Positions 32,974 to 43,837 of a stretch of 64,000 nucleotides of DNA are shown one piece after another (positions within the stretch are counted from its first letter, which is position 1; each line of letters opens with the position of its first letter). The DNA is from Lingula anatina (Eukaryota > Animalia > Brachiopoda): positions 992,001 to 1,056,000 of the forward strand of contig CM120649.1 of assembly GCA_051362555.1 (NCBI GenBank). The letters run 5' to 3'. Under the pieces are notes generated by a model, which was given only the letters and a program-made list of their open reading frames with translations, did no database searches and was not told the DNA's origin. The position numbers and the translations under genes are program-made.

Positions 32974-35423
32974 GTGACTATGTTGTAAAGAACCGTGGTA
33001 CATTTCAGGCCGACTACATGATTCTGACTACCCCTGCTGTGATGCAATTGAAGATGACCTTTGACCCCCCACTGCCACCGCTCCGAACACAGCTTTTACA
33101 GAGGCTACCCATGGGAGCCGCCATTAAGTGTAAACTAACATACAATCAGCCATTCTGGCAAGAAAAAGGTAAGGATTGGAAGTGCTGTTATTATTTAGTA
33201 TGGCTGCATTGTTGTCTCATTGACCTTATATTTTACTAAGTGCGTAATCTCAGATCTCCATTTTTTTACAGTTTTGAAGCTTAGACTGGGTTCCCACATA
33301 TTTAATTCGATCCATCTGGATTGACCTAACTACCTGGGGGTTCATGTTAAATTGCTGTCAGCTTCCAGTTAATTACCCTGTTAAGCTGACAGTTATCTAG
33401 TGAGACACCCCAGGGGGATTGATCGATCTAAATATCTGTGGGAATGGTCTCTTAAATGTTTCAAACTTGAAATTCTTCAATAAAAAAAAAAAAAAATAAA
33501 TAACAAAAAGTAAAATCTATACTGAACCAAAATGTCTTTGAATAGCATTATAAAGTTATTGTTAAACAAATTGTATGTACGTAGCTGCCTAACAAGTGAT
33601 ATATACAGCTATTGACAGCTATAAATGATCTGCTTACTCAAAGTGCAATCTTCCTTTTGCATTTCAGGCATAATGTTGATTGAATATTTAACTTGTATAA
33701 TTTTTTTAAAGGATTTGATGAAAATGTGATTAATTAACTTCCAGGTTATAATGGGTTCACTCTGGTTGAAGACAAAAATGAGCCAGTCTCATGGGTGTTA
33801 GATGACTGTTATCCAGGAGCCAAGAGCTATGGACTTGTCAGGTATAAAAATCCCAGGTAGCATGTAGTCTGTGCAGGGCTTTTCTCAGGATTTGGGGTAT
33901 ATGCTGTCCAAAAGTATCACCTGTAATTTTTTACACAATTTTAGGGAGTCTAAGTCGTCATTTTCCAGCAAAAAAAAAACAACATAAGCCGTCCAGCTGT
34001 CTTTGAACATATTGTCCATCTGGTAATGCCCGTGGCTGTCTGAATGACAACTTGACAGTTCGCTTGGAAAAGCCTTGAGTTGGTGGCTATTAATGGAAAA
34101 TAGCACTCTTACAACTGTTGGCCCACCATGTATATGCTACCATCTTGTGGAGTGCTGCCCTCTAGGGAGGGAGGCTGTTAGTTCATTCTTGCTGTCGGGG
34201 ACATTATTATTGTGATTATTGTTAAAATGGAACCTGGTGTCTCCTTGCTAAAAAATAAACACTCAGTTTGCATCTAGTGTTTGTCTTTATATATTCTGAT
34301 CACTTTGTTAAAAACAAAGAAGAAATGAAACATCTGTCATCCTGTTTTAGTTTCTTGGTTGGTGATAAAGCCAGAAACCTAGCACAGTTGGGGAGAGAAG
34401 AGAAAATAAGCCAGCAGTGTAAAAGTCTCGCCAAGATTTTCAACTCCCAGGATGCTTTAACGGTACGCTGTCATTTGCCGATGTGCTTCAGTATCTGTAT
34501 TTCTGATATAAAGTTTTCCATATCATGGATGTTTTGTTATGTAATACATCTTACGATAAACTTTTTTTTTTTGCGTTGATATCACATTGAATATATCAAA
34601 TTTGCATTTTATCAGTGTGTGAATTTTCAAAATGTATGGAAAATATTTTAGAAGATGTTTTATATAGATGCATGAAGTTCCTAAAAGGTGTTAGGTGTTT
34701 AATTCAACTTTGGATCTATTTATTCAGTTTTTAAGTTACAGTAAAATGAAAATTAATAAAGAATTATAAAGAATGCATATTTTGTGATCTCAAGTCACAG
34801 ATGATGATGAAATATTTGTTTTCCAGCCTTCAGGCTATGAAGAGGTGGACTGGATGTCAGAGGCATTTTCATTGGGTGGTTTCAGTCATGCATATCCACC
34901 TGGGGTATTGACCAAGTACAAAAAGTTAGTAACTCTCCACCAATATCTCTCTTTCTCTCTCCCTCTCTCATTTCAATACATTCCACTTTTATCACTTTAT
35001 CACTATAATATTTGATGTTATCGGAGATAAGATTTTTTTTCAGAGTCAGAAATATAAATATTGGCCTTGTCAACCCCCCCCTGGACCCCATGCCATATTT
35101 TTTCCTTCTTTTTCACTAGATGTCAGTCTCATTCCTGTATTATTATAAACACAGTTTGATGAAAAAGAGTTAAAATTTGAGAGTTTTTCTTTTAGTTACA
35201 GATTTACATGACCTTTGACCTTGATGTATGAGTATGTATGTCCCTTATGACATTGGCTGTGATAGCCTGAGAAAATATATTGTGATTCTATGAAAAATCA
35301 GGAAGGAGTTATGATTTGACAGTGTTATAAAAAAAGAAAAAAATGAATAAAGACTTTTCAGTCTTCCTGTGAACCAGTGGGAAGGTGTTTTTATTATGGG
35401 ACAGAAACTGTTGTTCCATGATG

Positions 35424-35462
<39 letters not shown>

Positions 35463-37382
35463 AAAAAAATTAATGCTCTAAAATATTATTTTCAGTCTTC
35501 TCCGAGAGCCAGTTGGCAGGTGTTATTTTGGTGGAGCAGAAACGGCAGCTCCAGGTACAGCTGGCCTTGAAGGCGCTGTCAGGTCAGGCCAGAGAGCCGC
35601 AAGACAAGTAAGATACAGGCAGTTCCAGACTGAACATACAAATTGTTTTAAAAAATGCAAAAAAAAAAGTCTTCCAAAAAGGTGAAAAAATGTCTAAAGG
35701 ATTGAAGTAGATGAAGCAATACATAAAATATACATGCCTTAATTTGGTCCACATTTGTAGTTTATTAACTCTCAGAGACCTTCAAATTGGTAAAAAAAAA
35801 TATTTTGACAGAAATGTCTCAAATAGCTGATTTCTACTTGATCCTTTTGTTATATATCTAGCTGTTTCAAAGTCCCCCCCCCCCTCTGCAAAGTGTTTAC
35901 ACTTCCATATTTTACCATTTTTTCCCTGCAAATTTTACAAAAAATATTTAAGAAGAGCAACAATTTATAATTGTCTTCTTTTTTTATATGCAAAGGCAAA
36001 CAGTTTGAGAAGAGAAAAAAATATGACTTAGCTTTGAAACTGAGCTGAAAAAGTTCTCCAAACCATTACATAATGTTTACCTAAACACAAATGATCTAGC
36101 ATACTTTGATAAAATACTAAAAAGCAAGGCACTAATTATGACAGTGAAAGATTGAACAGGTTTAAAAAGCAATCCCATTTTGGTTCCAAAATAATTGTTA
36201 CTCACTAAAGCTTAAAGAAATAGCTTACAATTGACAAACCTTTGACACAAGCCTCCTAATCATGGGATAATTGGATTTTTAGATTAATTTATTTTAAGAT
36301 TCTGAAAGGCTTTGTGTGCATCATTTTCTAGGTGCTGAATGCTATGGGGAGACTGCCTCTTTCTGATGTTGAAGATCCAGATGCTAAAAAGGTACAGTAT
36401 AGACTCAGTGTTTTCAATGGTGTAATAACCAGCTGGTTGGATATACACTGGTTAGACAGGCAGGTATAGTTTTCTGCTACATGATTTATTCAATTGACTG
36501 TACAACTCAAGTCTCTGACACATAAGAGAGACTCGAGTTGTACAGTCGATTGAATAAATCACGTAGCAGAAAACTACAGCTGCCTGTCTCAGTTGTCTTA
36601 CTGGTGAAAAGCAACTCTTAAAAAAGTGTATAACCAACCGGCTGGTTATTACATTGGGCAAAATTTATCAAACTTTCTCATACATAATTTAATAATCTCA
36701 AAATTATATTTCTAGATAGCATTTGGGGTGTGTTTACTGCATAGAATAGAACTATAGAGTAGCCTGCTCTTTGTTTTGTTGCAACCACTCAGTAGGAATG
36801 TTCTAATTTTAAGAAGTTATGACCTAGAAAATACAGTATTTGAAAAGATGGAGTAATTAGCGTATTATTGGAAGGTGTATTACATTAGTGGAAGCGTTTG
36901 TCATATGTTTTGTTTTGGTTTTATCATTATTTGTTGACAGAAGAAAATATTTTGTATTAAAATGTGACAAGCAGTGGTAGAATAACAATAAATTTATATA
37001 TAAAAAGTTGTTTTTTTGTAATTATTGTTTGGTTTTAGTGATTTAAATGAATGTGGATAGTGGGACTGATATAGACAAAAAAAATGATATAAGTACAACA
37101 TTTAACTTCCACAGTGCAGATTATTTATGCCAATAACATCTCTCACTCTGTCTCTATATATATATATTTGGCCTACAGAAAGTCTTTACATCCATATGTC
37201 ATGCATAATCCTAATACAAATATTTTATCTATCAGGACATGAGTTACCAGATTCCTGCCAAATATCGTTACCTTCCCAGTGTTCCTGTTGCTGTTTCCAC
37301 GACAACACTGGTTACTCTGGGTCTTGGACTGTTATTGGGACGAAGAATGGTAGTTCTTAGAGCCAGAGCTCGTAGGCCATAA
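28707..37382 (+). CDS. Flavin monoamine oxidase-like protein (divergent), ~514 aa, 15 exons, C-terminal membrane anchor
   Basis: Exons 28707-28755, 29647-29741, 30405-30533, 30720-30824, 31139-31230, 31485-31572, 31907-32018, 32581-32669, 33009-33168, 33745-33841, 34351-34462, 34827-34924, 35496-35607, 36332-36391, 37236-37382 (1545 nt, open). Motifs [77 protein letters not shown], then LPSVP and a hydrophobic tail. Confidence 0.9.
28998..29143. mobile_element. MITE (family A) with 8-bp TSD in MAO-like intron 1
   Basis: ~38-bp TIRs GGGGGCGTCTCGATAGTCCGAAGGTTCATTGGTCCGAA / TTCGGACCAATGAACCTTCGGACTATTGCTACGGCCCC; direct repeat CATCTTAG at 28990-28997 and 29144-29151. Confidence 0.8.
30165..30372. 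mobile_element. Degenerate MITE (family B); related copies at ~38140-38250 and ~49705-49850
   Basis: Inverted arms CAACCAGTTGATCTGCAGACTAACTAGTC..ATCAAACATGGCGCA / TGTGCCATATTTGAT..GACTAGTTAGTTTGTGGAACAGCTGGTTG. The shared core A.ATGG...AC.CACTT.AA ... GCCATATTT occurs at all three loci. Confidence 0.6.
33285..33450. mobile_element. Small degenerate inverted-repeat element (MITE-like)
   Basis: TTCCCACATATTTAATTCGATC / GATCGATCTAAATATCTGTGGGAA, plus an internal CTGTCAGCTT / AAGCTGACAG. Confidence 0.45.
35362..35418 (+). pseudogene. Decayed partial duplicate of MAO-like exon 13 (pseudo-exon)
   Basis: ttttcag|TCTTCCTGTGAACCAGTGGGAAGGTGTTTTTTATTATGGGACAGAAACTGTTGTTCCA aligns with ttttcag|TCTTCTCCGAGAGCCAGTTGGCAGGTGTTATTTTGGTGGAGCAGAAACGGCAGCTCCA at 35496; it is frameshifted and ends in (TA)n. 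Confidence 0.7.
36421..36653. mobile_element. Fold-back (palindromic) MITE-like element in MAO-like intron 14
   Basis: ~62-bp inner stem (36454-36516 / 36527-36588) with a 10-nt loop, plus outer arms TGTAATAACCAGCTGGTTGGATATACACT / AGTGTATAACCAACCGGCTGGTTATTACA. Confidence 0.8.
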
Positions 37383-40300
37383 GTTCATGAAAGATGACTA
37401 TTTCTTATTTCATTGCATCATTTTTGAAAAGGTTAAATAAGATATTGGTGACATACTTTTCATAATGAATTCTTCTTGAAATTTCATCTGTTAGGTATTG
37501 TTTTTACATTGTGTAAATTCAAAGAATACATTTTGCAGGATTTATTTTTATGTAAAATTGATTTTTGGTACTGCCAATTAAATGAGGAAGCTGGAAATTA
37601 AGAAAGAAAGACCAATGAATTTATTGCTGTTATTTGTACTAAATATTTACTATCTAGCTAAAAGCAACGTGACTAAGACTGAATGTATTTTTGTATGTAA
37701 CAGATAGGTGTTTGGCACATGGAAAGCCATGTGGAGTATTTTCTCATTGTTCTCCTTTAATTTGATGAAAGGATCACTGTTATCAATATTGTATGTATGA
37801 TGACTGTGCTTCAGAAGCTTTGAATACTAAGCACATGTTCCACAAAGAGCTCAAAGTTCATGGGCTAAGTTTAGCCAGCTAATACTGGATAGCAGACTAC
37901 ATGTAGATGACTTTCTGCAGTATTGGTCTAAGCCCCCAATTAGAATAGGCTATAGCGCTAATACTCGCCAATTTAGCCAAATGCTAAAACTGACTTAAAT
38001 TGGCTAAACAAAAAGGTCTTGATTTGACTAATTTTAGTCAAATTAAAGCCATTTGTTTAACAAACTGACAAAAAAGTGGTGATTTGGCTAAGCGAAAAAA
38101 ATTGCTAGCGCTACCCCAGATAGGGGACTAATAATTCCAGGTTCAAATATGGTGACCCACTTAAAAGCTTGCCCTCCAGTCCACTAATAGACACTGAATA
38201 GATTCCCCATGGGGAACTATTCAAGTGGGGCGGCCATATTTTACCCTTGGACTAGTTTGTCCTCTATTCTGAATGGAGCCTAAGAGTTTTTTAGAATGAT
38301 TGCCCCCATAATGAATGTATTTGGCATCTTAACGTGAGCTGTTATCACCACAATGAGTAAGAACCTTAGTCGGGGGTTTTACAGTTTGTGCAATAGGCTT
38401 AGTTAAATAAAAGCAGTTTGTTGCATGAGGTAAGAGGCATTGATTTGGAAAAGTGACAGTAGACAGCTATGATTTTCGCCCCAAAATTGACTTGAGGCTC
38501 TTTGTGAAGCAGGGTCCCTGAATAATATTTATTTTTGAAAAGTATGTATAAACTGGAGTTACACTTCATAAAGTGGACCAAAGGGGGTGTTTACACAAGA
38601 TTAAAATGGAACGAACCAGATTTTGTCCAAACTACAGGAGCAGTTAAAGCAAGGCTCCTTGGGTAGTCCAAAGCTTGAAACCAGCTGGAATACTGGCATT
38701 GGAAACTGTATAGTTTTGCCGTGTGGTCACCAATGTGATTTCAGGAAAAGCTACTGACTGCATTATAGGTTGGATAGATAATGAACTGGGGTGGGGTTGG
38801 AGGGGCTTGGGTTTGGGGAGGGGAGAGGGTAAGTCAATACATGGCTGAAAGTTGTAAAAGCTGAAAATCCTGAGAATGAATGTAGCTTGCAATCTCTCAT
38901 TACATTTAGACCATATAAAAATAAAAAATCAAAATGAAGACTGAAAATGCTGTAATCCAGCATAACCCTGTCAACTTTCACCCATGTCAGTTTGCAATTG
39001 ATTCATTATGTATGCTTCTGGTACCCGTTAAGTTATGCTAGTTAAAACTCCTCAAATTGAAATCGAGTTTGCTTTTATAGGAACCATGTGTGTATCTTCA
39101 AGTGTTATGGTCAGACCAATTTATTATTCATGTGATCTCTGAATAACATTTCCAAAATGTAATAAAAAGGATACAATCCTTCTAAAAAATACGTCATTCA
39201 TTCATTTGCCTGAACTATCTATTGAGATGAAAGTGAACCTTTTATTTCTAGACCTCGAATGTTAGACACACAGCTCTAAATGGGGTGTTGAGCAAAATTT
39301 AATCAAGATTTGGAAGCAGATATTATAGTAACTACTTTTATCTTTTCAGTGGCAGAAAATAATCAATCTTTGAAATGCATAGCTTTATAATCACAATAAT
39401 ATTCTATATAGCATTTTACTGCATAAAATACAACTTTTAAGTAGCCCACTTCTTAATTTTGCTTGCACCACTCAATAGGAATGTCCAAATTTTAAAAATA
39501 TCATGACTTAAAAATACAGTATATGTAAAATTTACATTTTTACCCTCATTGAAAAGTTATGGAATAATTACTGTATACAGTAGTGGTAAAGTGTCGTTGA
39601 AATTTCCAGGAAATTAAGTTCTTGATGTAAGTGAAATACACTAAATATCATGATTATGAAGCCAAATAGTACAATGCTGTTCAAAGTATTTTAATCCATT
39701 TCTGGAGTTCTTGTACAACATTACCTTTCATGTTTTGGTATGAATCTCTTGTTATAAATATTTAACATACTAAGTAGGGTGGAATTCATACCACTCCTCC
39801 AGGTCCTTCCTCAGGAATTACACATCAGAAAAAAAGCTAGGGTTTTAAAAAACCTCTGAACTTTTATCATGAAAGATTTTGATGAATCTCAAGAACCATC
39901 AGAATTGAATTACAAAATGAGAAATTCCTACCCTAGGTTCTAGATTTCAGTTTTGCCAGCTTGATCTTGATTTCATATATAACCCATATCAGCAAAACTG
40001 ACTCTAGTGAATACTGGCAACTTGGAGGCGTTCTTCGGCAAAAGTCTGCCTGGGGCCCCTCCATATTTGGAAGTCTTAAGTCTCGTACGTCACATCTGTA
40101 TCTGCTTGGAGCTTCCATATTTGGAAATCACAAGTTTTGTATGTCACAGTTCTCTGCCACCTGAAGCTGGATTTCCCGCCTTGCGCTGATGTTATCTCAT
40201 GCAGACGAGACAAGAAGTAAAGTGGCTGATGCGGAGTTTGAAGTTTTAACTAAGAATATTCTGCAGCCGAAGATCTGCACCACAACACAAGCAATATTCT

Positions 40301-40794
40301 GTTTTAAAAACTGATTTTGGTCTAGCCAATGCCAATGCCTTATAGTGGTGTCGGGCATACAGTGTAGCTGTCAAACTTGGCACACGGCAAGCACATGTAT
40401 TGTGTTTAAATCTTCAGGAGCAAATGTTCTTTGATAAGCAAAAAATACTAAAAACATAGGATATGTCTTTTTCTTTTAGAAACAATTTATTTTTCACTTT
40501 ACATCTTAAAAACATTAAAGAAAATTAAATAAGGCATAATTAAATCTGTTTAACGTGTCATTTTGGTCTAATGACATTCAACTGCAGATTCGCTGTGGGG
40601 CAGTTCTTTTTGATTGACTGAAATCATACACTGTCACTGTTCTACAGAGTCACTGTTGACTCTGGATTCACAGTGACTCTGACACTCAGGGCAGGAATTC
40701 TTTGTTTTCACGGAAAAAGCTTGTGTCTGTGCATTGTCAATACAATGCTACCAAGCTCTGTGTCATTCTTGCACGTATTTACAGATTACGTTTT

Positions 40795-41180
40795 TCTATC
40801 CCTGTGTACACCTATCCCTGTGTACACCCATCCCTGCGTACACCCATCCCTGTGTACACCCATCCCTGCGTACACCTATCCCTGTGTACACCTATCCCTG
40901 TGTACATCTATCCCTGTGTACACCTATCCCTGTGTACACCTATCCCTGTGTATACCTATCCCTGTGTACACCTATCCCTGTGTATATCTATCCCTGTGTA
41001 TACCTATCCCTGTGTACACCTATCCCTGTGTACACCTATCCCTGTGTACACCTATCCCTGTGTACATCTATCCCTGTGTATACCTATCCCTGTGTATATC
41101 TATCCCTGTGTACACCTATCCCTGTGTACATCTATCCCTGTGTATACCTATCCCTGTGTACATCTATCCCTGTGTAAACC
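40795..41180. repeat. 16-bp minisatellite (CTATCCCTGTGTACAC)n, ~24 copies
   Basis: Periodicity read directly; it explains the three overlapping repetitive ORFs at 40673-41284. Confidence 0.95.
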
Positions 41181-41304
41181 TGATTGGAACTGGCTTTGTA
41201 CGCATTCAGAACAGGGGACCCACAGAATTTCTATTACAATTAAGACCATGTAAGATCATTAGTGATATGAAATTACAGATTTAGACCATTTCAGGTACAT
41301 TAGT

Positions 41305-41472
41305 CAGAGGCTGACCCTGAGCTATTTTCTGACAGTCTGCCAAATTATCTTTGTTGATTCACCCTCTAATTTTGACCGTCTTCCAACATGAAAAATTGGA
41401 TACCCGTCAATGAAAACTTGAAAACCTGACCGTCTTCGGGAAGACCCAGAATACTGCCTAAATCCGCCCCTG
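41305..41472. mobile_element. hAT-like MITE with 5-bp TSD upstream of TRIM copy 1
   Basis: Termini CAGAGGCTGA... / ...AAATCCGCCCCTG; TTAGT at 41300-41304 and 41473-41477; absent from the paralogous position upstream of TRIM copy 2 (~60410). Confidence 0.7.
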
Positions 41473-41881
41473 TTAGTAAACATCCATGACAGCGCACCTA
41501 GAGATGGTGTGAGTTGTGTTTACAGTCCAAGTAGAGACTTCAGAAGATAAGGGCAAGCCCTACCATACCTGTGTCTTCACTACAAGATATCTACACTGTA
41601 GTTACAGCTCTCACTGAATCCATCAACATGAACTGACTACCTACTCCAGAGCCTAACATCTTCACTGGTGAAAATAAAACTAAACACATTCTTAATTCAT
41701 AATACATAGTGAAATGCAAAAACAAACTGCTGTGGGCTCAGACGAGATGGCAACTGGGCCACTGATAAGATAATCGTTATAACTCTGCTGAACACACGTT
41801 CATAGTCCATTCTCTCCCACCAGTTTACTGCTGAAAAGAGATAACTGCTCTACATAGAACAGTTCGCTACACGCCCCCAAG

Positions 41882-43837
41882 ATGGCTACAGCTCGCGATG
41901 ACAGAGATGGAGAAGAAAGCCTACGAGCCAAAATAACTGAATATTTTGTCAGCTGTCCATTATGCCTTGAGGAGTACAAAGACCCGACAGATTTACCATG
42001 TAGGCATACATTTTGTAAAGGTTGTCTGAAGACTTACATTTCAAACTCAACACCAGGAAGTAAATTCCAATGTCCTGTGTGTCAGAAAGAGACTGAAGTT
42101 CCTAAAGATGGACTTGAGGGCTTCACTCACAATTTCTACATTGAAAGTTTGCAGGACACTGTACTTCAGTCAACACATAAGAAAAAGTGCAGATCTTGTG
42201 TTTTGTTGTCCCAAACTGAAACAGTGGCTACTTCAAAATGCATCACCTGCCATGACTACCTATGTGAGAAGTGTTCTTCATTTCACTGTGCTACCACACT
42301 CACTAAAGATCACAGGGTACTCACTTTTCAACAACTTCACAGCAGTGAGTATCAAAAAGAAATCCAAGAGCAGCAGAAGATTATCTGCACAGAGCACAAA
42401 GGTGAGATGATACGATACTTTTGTTCAGATTGCAATGTCCCCATTTGTCGTGATTGCAAAGATTTACACCATGATGGTCACAAACTTATCTCCCTTGAAA
42501 AAGCTGCAGAGATTGTAAAACCAAAACTTCAGACCAAATCTCTTGGTATGCAGAGAAAACTTGCAACTGGTGAAAGAAAGTTAGCTAAAATTGATAAAAC
42601 ATTGGCCGAACTAAGAGAAAATGAAAGCTTTGTTCAGCAGGAGATCAAAGCTCGTGCAACTCATCTGCATCAACTGGTAGATCAACGAGAGAAAACCTTA
42701 CTACAGGAGCTTCATCAAACCACCAGCACTCACAGAAATAATTTACAAATTTCACGCAAAAACTGCAGTGCCACTTGCTCCTCTATCAAAACCACAACAG
42801 ATGTAGTAAAGAACATCTTTCAACATGGTGCCCCCATAGATGTCCTCATGTTACAACACCAACTTGGACAGAGACTAGATGAGCTACAGTCCACTTCAGC
42901 TGTGGATGATATTCCAGAGGAACTTAAACTCACACTCACCACCAACACAGAAGTGGACCAAGAGATATCCAGTGGGGCTGGCCTGGGGGTTGTGCAGATA
43001 TCTAGACAGTCAGCTTTGCCCAAGTTCAAACCACAGGCTGAATGTATGCTGGAGTTTGACACTGGCTGTGGGTTGACAGTGGACATTTCAGTGAGTCCAA
43101 ACAGGGAGTATGTTACTACCCATGGTTGGAAGAACAAGGTCAAGGTTTGTAGTTCAGATGGTACATCAAGACAAGAGATCACAAGTGTCTCAGACACACA
43201 GCTAGGATGTCCAGTAGGGATCTGTCACTTCCCTGATGGAAGGATGGTTCTATCTGATACATACAATAACAAACTGTTCATCCTGTCACCACAGTGGGAA
43301 GTACAGCAAACTGTAGATGTCACTGACCCATGTGGTGTGGCTCTCAATAACAGCTGTACTAAGATTGCTGTGGCACAGGGTTACAAAGAAAAGTCTGCGA
43401 GTGTGTTCAGTATTGATATCAAAGGGAAAATAACTTTAACTGATGTGATAAAGAACAAAGATGGGGAGCAGTTGTTCAGTAATCCATATAAAGTGGCATA
43501 TATGAGCAATGGGTGCCTTGTTATCAGTGATCTATCACCAAACAAACTTCACATCCTAACCCCATCTGGTGACCCACTGTATCAGTACACAGGACCTGAT
43601 AACAAGTTAGGTCAACCCTTTGGTGTCTGTGTTGATGCATATGACAACATACTGGTTACAGACTGTGATAGCCACTGCATACACCTTGTATCCCCAGATG
43701 GGAAGTTCATCCAGTACATAGCAACTGAAGCTGATGGACTAGAATTCCCATGGGGATGTACCATCAACCAGGATGGAGATCTGGTTGTGGCTCAATGGTA
43801 TGGGAAAGTGAAAGTATTCCAATACTTGGAAAAATGA
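41882..43837 (+). CDS. TRIM-NHL E3 ligase (RING - B-box1 - B-box2 - coiled coil - NHL beta-propeller), intronless, 651 aa; copy 1
   Basis: RING CPLC..LPCRHTFCKGC..CPVC; B-boxes C..C..C..C..LC..C...H.....H and CTEH..FCSDC..ICRDC...HDGH; NHL blades (PVGICHFPDGRMVLSD, PCGVALN, PYKVAYM, PFGVCVD, PWGCTIN). TRIM56/TRIM2/3/71-like architecture. Confidence 0.93.
   Translation: MATARDDRDGEESLRAKITEYFVSCPLCLEEYKDPTDLPCRHTFCKGCLKTYISNSTPGSKFQCPVCQKETEVPKDGLEGFTHNFYIESLQDTVLQSTHKKKCRSCVLLSQTETVATSKCITCHDYLCEKCSSFHCATTLTKDHRVLTFQQLHSSEYQKEIQEQQKIICTEHKGEMIRYFCSDCNVPICRDCKDLHHDGHKLISLEKAAEIVKPKLQTKSLGMQRKLATGERKLAKIDKTLAELRENESFVQQEIKARATHLHQLVDQREKTLLQELHQTTSTHRNNLQISRKNCSATCSSIKTTTDVVKNIFQHGAPIDVLMLQHQLGQRLDELQSTSAVDDIPEELKLTLTTNTEVDQEISSGAGLGVVQISRQSALPKFKPQAECMLEFDTGCGLTVDISVSPNREYVTTHGWKNKVKVCSSDGTSRQEITSVSDTQLGCPVGICHFPDGRMVLSDTYNNKLFILSPQWEVQQTVDVTDPCGVALNNSCTKIAVAQGYKEKSASVFSIDIKGKITLTDVIKNKDGEQLFSNPYKVAYMSNGCLVISDLSPNKLHILTPSGDPLYQYTGPDNKLGQPFGVCVDAYDNILVTDCDSHCIHLVSPDGKFIQYIATEADGLEFPWGCTINQDGDLVVAQWYGKVKVFQYLEK

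Noticed and set aside
39826-40750. Short ORFs within an insertion specific to duplication unit 1
   Set aside because: No recognisable protein motif or clear termini; probably a decayed repeat.
40673-41284. Cys/Pro-rich repetitive ORFs in three frames
   Set aside because: Produced by a stop-free 16-bp minisatellite that is single-copy at the paralogous locus.
42108-43197. Alternative-frame and antisense ORFs conserved in both TRIM copies
   Set aside because: Conservation follows from near-identical DNA; there is no independent coding evidence.
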